DNA of 64,000 nt from Octopus vulgaris (GCA_951406725.2 OX597824.1:9114001-9178000); one strand, 5' to 3'; positions 42,977 to 57,393 are shown, counted from the first letter of the stretch. Program-made: numbers and translations. The notes: a model not told the origin generated them from the letters alone.

Positions 42977-43016
<40 letters not shown>

Positions 43017-43037
43017 GTATATATATATATATATATA

Positions 43038-43311
43038 TCACCGTGATCACCATGACCAACATCGCTGCTACACATCGCTGGTCACAATGAGCTTCGCATT
43101 ATTTTAGCCTCAAATGACGCCATGCCGCTGGCTAAGCGATCAGGCCAACAGATGAAAGAGTGAGAGAAAGTTGTGGCGAAAGAGTACAGCAGGGGTCGCC
43201 ACCAACCCCTGCCGGAGCGTCGTGGAACTTTAGGTGTTTTCGCTCACAACGCCCGGTCTGGGAATCGAAACCGCGACTCCGCTGCCGTAACTGCTGGGCC
43301 ATTGTGCCTCC
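43038..43311 (-). mobile_element. SINE family C
   Basis: Reverse homologue of 10891-11188. Confidence 0.85.
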
Positions 43312-43327
43312 ACACACACACACACAC

Positions 43328-43396
<69 letters not shown>

Positions 43397-44486
43397 GAAA
43401 TATGAAGAAACAGAGTATGGGCTTTCAAGTTAACTCTTAATGTGCTTAACGGCCTCCCCATTGCTCACGTGTGTAGGTTAATATACACAGGTTGACTCCA
43501 GCATATTTAATGCCGTGTACCAAGAAACTTTGGTTCATTAGAATTAGACCTGTAAAGATGAATGTTAATTAATTACTATTTATTGATTCATTACATTAAT
43601 CATGTCAGTGTTTGCTTTATTACGCATTTAAAAGATATTTCATATAATTTATATTCATTATCTTATTTATATTTCATGGTATCTCTGGTAATAGTTCTAA
43701 AACAATTCTTCTGAACTTAAAGACATCTGTATAGAAGCTGATGGTAAACTATTGTTGCTTTGATTCAATTTCAAAAGAACATGAAGAAAATCATTGCTAG
43801 TTTTCACATGTGGAGTGCAAAACTAAGCACAGATTTTTTCTAAACCGCTAATAAATTTCTTTTAGCAGTTAAATTCAGTCGGCAAAATAATAATATACTT
43901 TCCCTCATCAGTCAGACTGTTAAAGCGTATTTAGCAAGAATGTGATTAGTGCCTTGCATTTTTTTGAGAGATAGACAGTGATCAAGGTCGATCTTATACC
44001 CATACCCGTCTGCGGAGAGTTGGGTATTATTTTTTTCCTTTTTAAAGACTGATGTTTGTTTATGCGTGGAAGTCTGCTCTCGCCACGCAACCGACGCTGT
44101 GTAAAAGAAAAAATTACCGCTTAGGATCAATACAGCTTTTTACCAAAGTCGTTGGAGCAGGCGTGCCAAAATGTAAATGGCTGGAACATATACTACAAGG
44201 CATCTTGCTTGACCATCTATCAATTCGGACATTTCCCCGCCCTGGCGCCGTACTTTCTTTTTTATCCCAAAAGTATAAAAAGTCAAGTTGACCTCCGTGT
44301 GATTTGAACACCGAGAGCAAACAATATCGGAACAAACACTCCGAGACATAATATACAACTCTCTAACGATCGCAACTTCGACGCAAATTTCTAGGGCAGA
44401 CGGTAAACAATTTTTCCAACAGGAAGCAACATTCGCGAATCTACATTTGTTTCTTGATATTTTTATTATTAACTTTTTCTTTTTCA

Positions 44487-45170
44487 AGATGGCAAGCTGT
44501 CAGAATCATTAGTCGCCTGGCAAAATACGGAACAGCATTTCGTCCGTCTTTACATTCAGAGCTCTTATTCTAACGGGGTCGTCGTTGCTTTTCGCCCTTT
44601 GGGGTTGGTAAATGAAATATCAATCGCAGAGTGCAGTCGATACAAAACTGCTGGTCTTGTGTCAAATTTGAAAAAAGATATTACTATTATCTTTCAAGAC
44701 TGTGAGCTGATAGAATTATTAGCAAGCCGATGACGGCGAGCTGACAGAAACGTTAGCACGCCGGGCGAAATACTTAGTGCTATTTCGTCTGCCGTTACGT
44801 TCTGAGTTTAAATTCCGCCGAGGTTGACTTTGCCTTTCATCCTTTCGGGGTCGATTAAATAAATACCAGTTACGCACTGGGGTCGATGGAATCGACTTAA
44901 TTCATTTGTCTGTCCTTGTTTGTCTCCTCTGTGTGTAGCCCTTTGTGGGCAATAAAGAAATAAGAATTAGCAAGCCAGAAAAAAAAAATGCCTTGTGGAA
45001 TTTCCTCCCCCTTTACGTTCTGAGTTCAAATGCCAACGAGAATAACTTTGTATCTCATCCATCGGGATCGATAGAGTGAGGACCTGTGATCAATGTAACT
45101 GATCAATTTAACCCCCACCACACACACACTCAGACCGCCTGAATTTTCCCACATCGTGCCAATATTAGAA
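44487..45170 (+). mobile_element. SINE family B cluster, with a young copy (about 44731-44962) nested in an older one
   Basis: TTAGCAAGCC is duplicated around the nested copy. A further partial copy lies at 46131-46230. Confidence 0.8.
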
Positions 45171-46605
45171 AATGTATAATATTGTTTTTTTCCTTTTCCT
45201 ACTTCACTAGTTGCTTATTTTCTTTACCTACATTGATCTATGTTCGAAACCGTTAAATTAATGAAAAGAATCGGCATAATATGTCTGCAGTCTCACAGTC
45301 ATCAAATACACATTGAATTGGAAACGTCTGTTGTGAGCATAAATTTAGCAAGACACAGCATAAAATATGGCCATGTTGTTTTGGTTTCTTTTTTAGTTTT
45401 GGTTTCAAATATAAACCAAGGTCTATTACAAAAATTTAAGAAAATTTGCGAAAACCAAACAAGAGGAATTTAGAGAATAAAACAGACATAAATTGAACAA
45501 ACCAAGCAACAAAACTATTTCTACATAAAATATTTAAAAAGTAAACAAAACAAGGAATCACTGAAAATAATAGATACTAAAAAATTATTGAACAGGTTTC
45601 ATAATTATGTCTGTTGCTAGACAAAGGAAATGATACTGGAAGTATAAATAAATACAAATGGAAAAAAGAAAGTATTTATTTAAAGATTACAATGTTTTTA
45701 GTATCGGTGGTAATTTAAGTCATTTGAAATCACAGAAATAGAAAATGTATTTTGACAAGAAAATTTAAGATCTATCTTGGAGCATCAGAAGTGTAAGACT
45801 CGAGACGGTTGAGTTTTAAATTGGAAGAAATAAAAGAAATACCAAGAAAAAAACCTCAAGAATGATGGATATTAAATTGAATGATTATTTCTTTATTTTT
45901 TTCTATTTAAAATACAAATAGGGAATCAGTAAAGTCTACTGTAAATTGATAATTTGTTCAGGAAGATAGAAGATATCAAAAATGTGTCTTGTCAAATGTA
46001 TGAAAAACAAACTAAAAGAAACTCAAAATGGCTGCTGAAATGTCTCAAAATATAGACGAAAATATATACGAGGTGGTATCAAACGTTCCTGGACTAGTTC
46101 TGAAGCGTGCCAACAGATGGCGCGCAAAATGCGGCGAGCTGGCAGAATCGTTAGCACGCCGGGCGAAATGCTTTGCAGTATTTCGTCTGCCTTTACGTTC
46201 TGAATTCAAATTCCGCCGAGGTCGACTTTGGTTCATATTTGGTTAATTAAAATGTAATGGCAAGTATTTATTGACCTTTTTCTTTCCTTTAAAAATCGGC
46301 ACGAAATTCAGGACAACCCAATGTTTCAACCGTAGCCATTTTGTGTATTTGTATATCATAGACAACACATTCCATTATAGACATGTTTATTTAAAATTGA
46401 GAATTGAGGTGTGGTTTGAATGTGATTAGGTCGATATGTTTAGCAGTTCCAGAGACTACGTTAGACCTTCCAACATTACCTCGCAAGACATTTATTTTAT
46501 GCGAACATATCTTTCTGGCGTACGGTGTATATTTTTATATGTGTGTGTATATTTTTTTACATTATTTACATTTGACAAATATTTGTCCTCATCTTGTTTG
46601 TTGTT

Positions 46606-46651
46606 AACACAACGTTTCGGCTGATATACCTTCCAGCCTTCATCAGGTGTC
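46606..46651 (-). ncRNA. Minimal hammerhead-like motif, family H1 (left arm of palindrome)
   Basis: Reverse complement of the 9681-9726 motif, with stems intact. Confidence 0.75.
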
Positions 46652-46694
46652 TTGGGAAAATTTCGAACCTGGGTTCCCATTCGAAATTCCCCAA

Positions 46695-46740
46695 GACACC
46701 TGATGAAGGCTGGAGGGTATATCAAGCGAAACGTTGTGTT
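46695..46740 (+). ncRNA. Minimal hammerhead-like motif, family H1 (right arm of palindrome)
   Basis: GACAC-CTGATGA-a-GGCTG...CAAGC-GAAA-CG-TT-GTGTT. Stem II is damaged. Confidence 0.6.
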
Positions 46741-47835
46741 AACCACAAACAAGATGAGGACAAATATCCGTCAAATGTAAATAATGTAAGTAACGTACAT
46801 AATCCCCCATCGCTTATATATAGAACTGTATGTGTATGTATCTTTAAATGTGTATTTAATATCAAAAGTGTGTATGATGTGTCAGTATCCAATTAATGAC
46901 AGATAAATCAAGTAACAGGCATATATAAATATCTAGTTAACGTTTCTTTTTTGTTGATTTCAAATTGTACGTAATATAAAACTGCCAATATATACACATG
47001 TATACAAAGAGAAAGAGAGTGGGAGAGAGGGAGAAACGGGGAGAGAGAGGAATAAAACTTGAAGTACATATATTGAAACTTCTTCGTTAACTGTCTTATC
47101 AAAATCGAGATTGCGATGACAGTAAGACACGTACAATTTCTATTTCTTTGCAAAAGTTGAGCGTTTTGGTCCTAGTCTACTTAATATGATTTGGGAAATG
47201 TGAGAAACTACTATTCCGTTGCAAATCACAATAACTCTGTTATAATTTATCTGCAAACAAACTGAGGTTTTGTTTGGCAAAGTCTGTCAAAATTACTGCA
47301 AATTTGCCAAAATGAAACTCAACAACTACACAAATATCAAACTACCACAACTTTTAATATGACAGTAGATATCTTATATAGATATGCCTGATATTAGAAG
47401 TAGAAGAAATGATTACGACAGCTTCAGAATGTCATTCAATGCTAGCGTTTCTAGCTAAGAATACGATACATTCAAACCAAAGGAGCTTCTACGAGGCACA
47501 TCCACATGCTAGAAATGGAAGCTAATCGTTCCTAAATTACATCCTACCGTCTTCAAAACGAAAAGAACACGTTAGGGAATGTGCTCTGTAAAAGAGAAAA
47601 ACACAGGAGTGTAATTGTCAGAATGGCTTTCATCACTAGCCTTTTGGATTAAATCTGACCCGGAGCTAAACAAAGCTAGGAAGAACTCTAATATAATCAA
47701 TAAACTATAATACGCAATGCGTTCCGGCAGATTTAAAGGCGAGCATGTTAATTGCTGTTGCATTCCATCTTCAAAACACTCCTCTGCTCAAGCGATGTGT
47801 ATTGACAATGTACTCACTTCATTGACATAAAGAAA

Positions 47836-47880
47836 TTTTAAGACACAGCGTTTCGACCTAGTTGTGTTTCATCAGTAAAA
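47836..47880 (-). ncRNA. Degenerate type-I hammerhead-like motif
   Basis: Minus strand: TTTTA-CTGATGA-aAC..GTC-GAAA-CG ctg TG-TC-tTAAAA. Canonical core and GUC site, with imperfect stems I and II. Confidence 0.5.
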
Positions 47881-48504
47881 GCTAGCGTACTTGTTTAAAG
47901 AATACGTAAAGAAATGTGTTGCTGCGTATCGGAGATTTCATATTAGAGGGTCTGTGGTCTCTGAAATACATAAAGACTGGATAATCGTGTTTAGAACCAT
48001 TTTCATCATTGGCCTGTTCGATCAAATCTGACCTGGACCAAGCCTAACAACAATAATAATATACGCAATAAACTGTAAGAAAATCGCCGGTTTGAACCAG
48101 CGAAAGCATGGACGTGGTCATTCGACTTCTTAGAAAGAAGCGTGCACGTCACTCTCCTCTGAGTCTCAAACACTGATGGGAGAAAGGCGGCGGGGAATGA
48201 GTTAACCTCAGACCCCTGATTATGTCTACGTGCTTGTGAGGGAATGGATTCTGCAAAGGGGACCCAAAGACCAACCAGAGTTTTGTATTAAACCCAGCGA
48301 CGTATTAGATTTAAACCTCAGTAGAAAGATTGACCCTCGAGAATAGGGGTTTCAGCTCAGTTTCTCTTTACCAGTTTACCTTCCAAGGTATTGTTGTAGA
48401 CAGTTGTGCAGTAGGACCGAACTACGAGGTAAGCAGCTACGAAACAAAAGGTTAATCACTCAGCCATGATTACATCCGTAATTTTATGCCTTGCATACCG
48501 AAAT

Positions 48505-48975
48505 CCTTCTTAGGGATCTACAGCGTGGAGGCCTGCATCTTTTGTCTTCTCAGTTGGGCTGGCCATGTGATTCGGACGATGGATAAACGGCGACTCCCAC
48601 AAGTGGTCTTCTTCAGGATGATCGAGACTGGAAGTAAGCCACATGGCCGAACAAAACTTCGGTTTCATTATCTTCTCAAGCTATATAACATCTTATACAG
48701 TGTCTCTCCCAATCGGTTGGAGTCTCTGGTGGTTAATCGGAAGACATGGAGATTCGTGTGTGATGCTGCAATGGAGCGCTTTGAAACTGAAAGCATGAAA
48801 GAGGAGAGGTCGTCACTAACAGCCCGCCCCCCTGCCGCTGTTGTTTGGGCTCACTTTCGGTGCTCACGGTTCCACAAGATCATTGTAACTCGCATCCCTC
48901 TTGTTACATCTGCTGGAGATGGTGGAGGATAAATGTCTTGGATCGACGCCGTCATTTCCTGTGATGGGCCTTCAT
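48505..48975 (+). mobile_element. Decayed RTE-clade LINE 3' fragment
   Basis: SVEA..LSWAGHVIR..RRLPQVVFF..GRTKLRF..NRKTWR. Confidence 0.8.
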
Positions 48976-48993
48976 AAACAAAGAATACATATG

Positions 48994-49026
<33 letters not shown>

Positions 49027-50528
49027 ATGAGTGTGTTTGTGTTTATGCTTGTGAGCCTATGTATGTGTGTCTGTTGTTCCTATGGTTTAGAGGAGAAAAG
49101 ACTATTCCCGCGATCCTTTTCATTGTGTCCAAGATTGGTGGATAGCAGGATGGAATTCAACATCACATTAAAGTTAGGGGTTTAAGGAACACACTGAAGA
49201 TAATTCCACAAAAGTTAGTGAAACAGAAAGTGGCGCTTTTAAACTGGAGGTCGGATGAAATAACAAGCCAGAAACCGAAACCGCGATGATATTCCACACA
49301 ATCTCCTTCTATTAAGCTTCGCTCGCCTGGCTTTGGCTGGACCAGGGTCATGTTTAAAGACACTTTTTCAATAGACGCAAAGATACGAATCGAATTTCTT
49401 AACCACCCAATAATGCTTGCGATCACTTGTACGTATGTATTTGTCTAATATCTTTTCGTGTATTCCAAAATGTCTACGTCAGTATTTTCAGCATTTCACC
49501 TATTCGTATTTCACATATTTTATATCTTATTTTTATTTGTATTTCTCAACATAATATTCTTTCTTGAAATATAATCTGTTTCCCAGATTCTCGTGTAGTG
49601 GCTTATGTTTGCGCTTAAAGGTTTATGTTTTCTATATTTATCTTACGGTATATCCGTATCTGTCAATGTATTTGGTATTTGGGAAATGATATAAGAGCTC
49701 CTGTCAGCCTACACATTAATACAAAATGTATAGGTGCTTATTATCTGTCCCATTTTGAATTTGAAAACCGATTCTGCATATCTGGCCGGCCTTCCATCTA
49801 CTCATAAAACCCTCCAAATATAGCAAACCGTTCCACACGAAAATGTGTACAAAAGATCACGTGCTTTTGGATAAAAACAATTGCGTGGTTCCCTTTATGA
49901 GGATATAACGTGTTATGTATCATAATTTTATTATTGTAAGATGTTTTGTTTAATATCGATATTGTTAGTTTTTAAAATTTTGTTTCATCCAACTATCCGA
50001 ACGATACATTAGTAGTTTGGTAACACAAAGCATAATTGCTAATTCTTGATTCTTTGTTAACGTAAACGATCCTACATCTTAAACAAAAGATATCTCTTAA
50101 TGTTTGCGAGAAAGACAATTGCAAATACGTCTGAGCTATCTTATGGTTAACAGTAAAAGCTATCTATGGTTTTAATTGCCTGTTAGCCAATATATACATT
50201 TAATGCATTCTAAATAGATACGCTAATGTTGCTTTCACAAGTATAAAAGGAATAATAAGAATTAACTTAATATTCAGAGATAGTTCCGTATTATCATTTC
50301 ATTTAATAAAAACAATCCATCTGATATAATTACTAAAGTTTTCACGAAATGACGAGCGAAACTGACTCTATGTTGCTATTTATTACGTTAGACACAGGCG
50401 GCTGAGTGTCCCCTAAATCACATTATTGTTTTAAGGAGACAATGAACAATACAGTAGCTGCAGATAAATACATAAATCCATACATACATACATGCATACA
50501 TACATACATACATACATACATACATACA

Positions 50529-50560
<32 letters not shown>

Positions 50561-50725
50561 AAACCAGAGATTGGTGATAGATAGCTCGAATAACATTGAT
50601 ATAAGGATTACTGATTTGGAGTGATCCTAGTAAATAAATACTAAGGGAGGTTCTTGTATTGGTAGCCAAGTCTGTCCCAAACGGCAGCAGAATCCTACTT
50701 ACTTACGATATGATATTCACAACCA

Positions 50726-51224
50726 TGAGGAGGCGCGTGGGTTAGGGGTTAGGGGTTAGGGTGTCAGCACCACGATCGCGAGATTGTGCTTTCGATTCCT
50801 GGACCGGGCGACGCGTTGTGTTCTTGAGCAAAACACTTCATTTCACGTTTCTGCAGTCCACTCAGCTGGCAAAAATAAGTAACGCTGCGATGGACTGGCG
50901 TCCCGTCTAGCTGGATGATACATACGCCATAGGAACCGGGAAACTGGGCCTATGAGCCTGGCTAGGCTTTAAAAAGGGCGCATTTATTTTATAAGACGTC
51001 GAGCTGGCAGAACCGTTAGCACGCCGGGCGAAATGCGTAGACGTATTTCGTCTGCCGTTACGTTCTGAGTTCAAATTCCACCGAGGTCAACTTTGCCTTT
51101 CATCCTTTCGGGGTCGATAAATTAAGTACCAGTTACGCACTGGGGTCGATGTAATCGACTTAATCCGTTTGTCTGTCCTTGTTTGTCTCCTCTATGTTTA
51201 GCCCCTTGTGGGTAATAAAGAAAC
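50726..51224 (+). mobile_element. SINE family D (V-domain-like) followed by SINE family B within one TSD
   Basis: ATATTCACAACCA at 50713-50725 and 51225-51237. GCGATGGACTGGCGTCCCGTC motif present. Confidence 0.8.
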
Positions 51225-51724
51225 ATATTCACAACCAGAATGCGTATGATGATAGATCCACTGGATCAGGGCTGATATCCCATACGTTATATGAATGATA
51301 CTTATTGAATTTCCGAAAAATAATATCAACAATATCGTTAAATGATTCTGATATCGTAAAGAATCTTCGCTTCATTCGTTGTTTTGTTCGAGGTTTGTTC
51401 TTTATTTCAGAGCGAGTTTCCCTAAATCTAATATTCAGAGATTTAACTGCATAATAGAGCTTCTTCGTAACCCTTTGCATATTCAATCTATCTTAAAGCG
51501 GAAAATCACTGTTTCATTAGTATAATTGATGTTTGCTTAGAATATTAGTCATGTTGATGTAATTATAAAGGAATGCAATGCCGTTGAATCAATAACATTG
51601 TAGTGAAGCTATTGTAATAATTTAATAACGCTCATAGCTCTGTTCAATTCACTTCACATTATGCGACAAAAGTTCCCACTTGTCATTAAATAAATACACA
51701 GCATTTTCCGCCGTTTAAATAGTA

Positions 51725-52107
51725 CTAGCAGTATCGCCCGGCGTTGCTCGGGTTTGTTTCGACCCTTTAGAATTGGAATTTTTGAAATGTAAAAATTTTG
51801 CATTATGTAGCTTGTTATTCTCTTTAAGTGAACATTTTCCGAAAAATAGCGACACAGCAGTCAAAAAATCGTAAAAAATAGGGATTTTCATAGAAAAAAA
51901 AAAAGCACCTTTTTGATGTAAATAATATTTGGTGTTAACATGGTCCGATTTGGATTTTTTCTTCTACGGAATGAAGAGCAAGCCTTCTTCTATCATGCTC
52001 TCAATTTTGGTCAACTTGTGCCGCAGGGTCTCCGAGGAGATAGTGTTAGTTGAAGGCTACCAAACCTGCCATACACAGACAACTTCAGCTTTATATATAT
52101 AGAGAGA
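51725..52107 (-). mobile_element. Non-autonomous Helitron
   Basis: Minus strand begins TC(TCTCTATATATATAAAGCTG) and ends CTAG. Subterminal hairpin CCCGAGC-AAC-GCCGGG. Inserted between A and T with no TSD. Confidence 0.85.
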
Positions 52108-52275
52108 TTAGAACGGCTCTTTCATGCAATAGTTTCAGTTTTAACACGCACTCTACTCAAGAGACTTGCTATACTATAATATGTCCTAGAATTACTGAGA
52201 CAAAACTTTAAGACAATGATTAGTATATTCATTCTGAACACATTCCATGAGATTTGAACGTGAATATTCTAATCA

Positions 52276-52500
52276 TTACTCTTTTACTTGTTTTAGTCAT
52301 TTAGCCTTTAGTCGAGCAAATCGACCCCTGGACTTATTCTTTGTAAGCCTAGTACTTATGCTATCGGTCTCTTTTGCCGAACCGCTAAGTTACGAGAACG
52401 TAAACACACCACCGTCGGTTGTCAAGCGATGTTAGGGAGACAAACACAGACATACAAATATATATACACACAAATATATATAAAGTGAAAGAAGCCCGTC

Positions 52501-52547
<47 letters not shown>

Positions 52548-52727
52548 CCATATATACATATATACGACGGGCTTCTTTCACTTTCCGTCTACCAAATGCA
52601 TTCACAAGGCTTTGGTCAGCCCGAGGCTATAGAAGAAGACACTTCTCCAAGGTGCCACGCAGTGAGAATGAACCCAGAACCATGTGGTTGGTAAGCAAGC
52701 TACTTACCACACAGCCACTCCTGCGCC
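52276..52727 (-). mobile_element. SINE family A
   Basis: Reverse-complement homology. Confidence 0.85.
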
Positions 52728-53460
52728 TACGTTGTGAACAACTTTATAAGATGTGTGTTAACAACAGACAAGATTTTGTGATGTAGGTGGAGTTTGGGTT
52801 ACCGGCGTTTCCATCTGATTGTATTTCTTCAGTCAAAGTTGGCCACACAGGAAATTGTATAAAAACAAGTAGAAAACAAAAGAAGCGAGAAAAAACAACA
52901 TAAACTATCACAGACGCAGAGAGAAAACGATTTGAATGAGAAAGAAAGCAAATCACATGAAATTGTTTTTAAAAGACTGGAATCGATGAAGGTGGATTAA
53001 TTCTCTGATATTAAAGTGGTTTTCCAACCTTTGTCAAGATAACCAGCTAAACCCAAGGTACGATACGAGTATCTCAGAGAAAGATAAGTGCGTGCTCCGC
53101 GAGTTCAGTCACCAGTGGCGTGATTGATGTTGGCAAGAAATTATCGTTTGTTGCCAGAAAAAAGAGATTGTGTAATAAAATCTACATAATTCAAGATATG
53201 ATGCATATTGAAAAGTTTCTTTGCCGCAGCCATGTTTGAAAAGAAGGAAAATATGCTTTAAATACGGTAGAAATAGTCATGTGAAATGTGAGTCTGCATT
53301 TCATTTCTAACTGGACAACGACGAGCCAGAAGGCAAATGTCTTTGTTGTCGTTTTGACCTATAGAAAATAGTGAAAATGCCCTCAAAATGAACCCGTCCG
53401 CCTTAAAACAATAGAATGAACATACTTACTGTGGTATTCCTGTTAATTTACTTTCCATAT

Positions 53461-53675
53461 AAGGTGGCGAGTTGGCAGAAACGTTTGCACGCCGGGCAGT
53501 ATTTCGTCTGTCTTCATGCTCTGAGTTCAAATTCCCCCGAGGTCGACTTTGCCTTTCATCCTTTCAGGGTCGATAAAATAAGTACTAGTTACGCACTGGG
53601 GTCGATGAATTCGACTTAATCCGTTTGTCTGTCCTTGTTTCTCTCCTTCTGTGTTAGGCCCCTTCTGGGCAGTAA
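53461..53675 (+). mobile_element. SINE family B
   Basis: Meta-like core, lying between two copies of a duplication of about 255 bp. Confidence 0.85.
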
Positions 53676-54774
53676 AAAATTTGATACATATTAAAAAGTA
53701 TCTTTGCTTCAGCCATGTTTGAAAAGAGGAAAAATATGCGTTAAATTCGGTACAAATAGTTATGTGAAATGTGAGTCTACATTTCATTTCTAACTGGACA
53801 ACGAGCGAGATGTATAATTGTTGTCACTTTGACATACTGAAAATAGTGAAAATACCCTCAGAATGAACCCGTCCGCCTTAAAATAATAGAATGAAGACAC
53901 TTACTGTGATATTGCTGTTAATTTTCTTTCAATGTAAGGTAACGAGAGTGGAGGGATAGGTTCTCCTCCAGAGAAATAGAAAAAGAAGAGAGAAGGTATG
54001 AGAAAAGAAACTGTGAAGGAAGTCAACAGGAAGGCAGGCAATAGGGTGATAGAGAAAGAAAGTAAAAAGAAAGTGGAGCTACAGTAAAAATACCAGTTGT
54101 TCCGGTAGAAAAGGATTCGGAAATTCAGCTGGCCGAAGAAGAATTGGAGAGACTGTTTAGAGTGGAGGAGGAAAAGAGAACTGAAAAGCCAAAATAAAGG
54201 AAAGAAAATTAAAGGAAACGGTGTATGGTATTACGTAACCTGTCTGAAGAATATTGAAACAGAGAAGAAAATACTCAAGTTCAACCAAATAGTAAGAGTA
54301 AAGGTACCAGCATACCTATATGCAGAGGATATGAAGGCGATAGCAATTGAAGAGGAAAGTTATAAGGGACTACAAAAAATGTGTGGAGATAATATTGACC
54401 CATCAGGAATAAGGGTGGAATTCAAAGAATTGCCACCAGTAGGGGATTTAGTAGCAATCGAACCACTGCTGAAATATTGCTAAAAAGTAACTTAGTATGT
54501 CAAAGCGACAGGAAAAAAAAGAAAAAGGAGGACAAAAAAGGAAAAAGAAAGAGTGTTTTATGTTATGTTTAATCATATCGGAAAAATAGAACATTTTTAG
54601 AGAAAAATATAACGGTTCAAATAATTGTAATGGTAGACGATAATCAATTGTTAGTTAAATACATGATAAAAACAGACAGTTTAAAAAAGATTAATGGCAC
54701 TGAATGTGATGAGGGACGCATGCAGCCATTCATAACCCCATTATTGTATAATCATCTCATCATATTCGTTCTAT

Positions 54775-55260
54775 GTATTGTCCCCTCTGTGGTGTCCTGC
54801 CTGTCCCTTGTTTGTCCCCCTCTGTGTTTGGGCCCTTGTGGCTAATAATGAAACCGAGCTGGCAGAAACGTTAGCACGCCGGGCGAAATGCTTAGCGGTA
54901 TTTCGTCTGCCGTTATGTTCTGAGTTCAAATTCCGCCGAGGTCGACTTTGCCTTTCATCCTTTCGGGGTCGATAAATCAATTATCAGTTATGCACTGGGG
55001 TCGATGTAATCGACTTAATCCGTTTGTCTGTCCTTGTTTGTCCCCTCTGTGTTTAGCCCCTTGTGGACAATAAAGATATAAGAAACGTTAGCACGCCGAG
55101 CAGTATTTCGTCTGTCTTTACGTTCAAATTCCGCCGAAATCGACTTTACCTTTAATCCTTCGCGGGTCGATAAATTAAGTACAAGTTGCGTACTGGGGTC
55201 GATCTAATCGATTGGCCGCCTCCCCAAAAATTTCGGGCCTTGTGCCTAGAGTAGAAAACA
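54775..55260 (+). mobile_element. SINE family B cluster
   Basis: A tail fragment plus two copies. Confidence 0.85.
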
Positions 55261-55546
55261 ATTTCCTTTCAACGTAGCTATTCTACTAATTTACACAAGT
55301 ATTCATATATATGCGTATATAGATTCAACGCATACATATACACAAGAGCATACTAATACGCTCTCACACAGAGACTTACAAACACATACAAATACATACA
55401 CAAACATTTCACGGACGCCCCCATGTTGCATAAATGTATACCCCTACTGCATGTCTTCTATACAAAATTTCACATGAATACATGCCATGGGTTGTATCAG
55501 AACTTATGATACAAGATACACAGAGCCGGCTCCAACCTGGAAACAT

Positions 55547-55760
55547 ACTCTCTTTTTACTCTTTTACTTGTTTCAGTCATTTGACTGCGGCCATGCTGGA
55601 GCACCGCCTTTGGTCGAATCAAATGGACTCCAGGACTTAATTCTTTGTAAGCCGAGTATGTATGCTATCGGTCTCTTTTGCCGAACCGCTAAGTTATGGG
55701 GACCTAAACACACCAACATCGGTTGTCAAGCGATGTTGGGGAACGAACACAGACACACAA

Positions 55761-55840
<80 letters not shown>

Positions 55841-56002
55841 GACCGGCTTCTTTCAGTTTCCGTCTACCAAATCCACTCACAATGCTTTGGTCGGCTCGAG
55901 GCTATAGTAGAAGACACTTACTCAAGGTGCCACGCAGTGGGACTGAACCCGGAACCATGTGGTTGGTAAGCAAGCTACTTACCACAGAGCCACACCAGCG
56001 CC
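55547..56002 (-). mobile_element. SINE family A
   Basis: Full-length reverse copy. Confidence 0.85.
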
Positions 56003-57006
56003 TATACATGTTTATAAACCAAACTTCTTTAACACTCAACCTTGACACTGCCCACTCTAGGGCAAAAGCAGAACAGCTATTGACAATAGGCATATTTATT
56101 CCAAATCACGTAAAATGTCATGTATTTGTACTGAGTTTCCTTTGGGACTTAAGAAATATTAATATGAAGCTGCAGCATTAAACTGCAGTGAGTTAAGTAA
56201 CGTGTTTGTGTGTGCGTGTGGCCTCCATAACAATTACAGAATATTAAGAAGAAAAAAATAAACCTTCGTTCATCAGATCAATACATGATTACCTGCCAAA
56301 TTTTTCATAGTTAGGTCAAAGCAAAACAAATTGATCACACCTCGATATTCGAATTTTTACATTTCTCTACGTTTTCGTTTTTTGTATAGTTTTATCTTGC
56401 GAATATGTATTTATTAATGTAAAATAAAAGAAATATAAAATTTAATTAACATGTCATATTTTTAGCTTTGGTACTATCTGGAATTCTATTCTGGCCAATT
56501 ATATTTCGCAGATTCTTCTATCTTCCGCTATAAATGCATTTTGCACCTGGGAATCTCTCACCTCAACCCTATCCCATCGGTGTTTCTGGCCTTCCTTTCC
56601 AAACGATTTTTCCCCATCTCATTCACTTTCCCTATTCCTCTCTCGCAGTTTCTAACACACTTACACAAGTATAGAGCTAAAACCACACACACAAACAAAC
56701 ACTTACGTGTATACACTCATCTGAGTGTGTGCTTTAATTCAAAATTGGTGTTGCTATTTAAAGGAATGTTTTTTAAAAAGCAGCGGATCATTGTTGAAAG
56801 CAGATCATCTACTAAAAGTAAATGGAAATTTTGTATCAAATTAAATTTTGTTTAGGTCGATATCATGTTTCGCCTGACGGCCTATTCATTGGTGGGGCGT
56901 TGGCTTATGTACATTTATGACAGTTTATGTAACCCTACAGGTTACATAACCTGTCAAAAGGAATATCAAGCGGGTCAAGAAGATACACACAAACACACAC
57001 ACACGG

Positions 57007-57090
<84 letters not shown>

Positions 57091-57091
<1 letters not shown>

Positions 57092-57393
57092 GCGTCTGGC
57101 CGACCAAAGCTTTGTAAGTGGATTTAGTAGACGGAAACTCAAAGAAGCCCGTCGTATATATGTGTATATATGTGTGTATGTATATGTTTGCGTGTCTGTG
57201 TTTGTCCCCCTAGCATTGCTTGACTACCGATGGTGGTGTGTTTATGTCCCGTCACTTAGCGGTTCGGCAAAAGAACCGATAGAATAAGTACTAGGCATAC
57301 AAAGAATAATTCCCGGGGTCGATTTGCTCCACTAAAGGCAGTGCTCCAGCATAGCCGCAGTCAAATGACTGAAACATGTAAAAGAGGAAAAGA

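Larger units (their letters stand above)
46557..46789. mobile_element. Palindromic H1 mini-element (two inverted copies)
   Basis: Arms of about 110 bp (46557-46667 and 46680-46789) with a 12-nt loop. Homologous to 9659-9785 and 63442-63555. Confidence 0.85.

Noticed and set aside
53940-54720. Purine-rich, Lys/Glu coding-like stretch
   Set aside because: Frequent stops and no identifiable domain.
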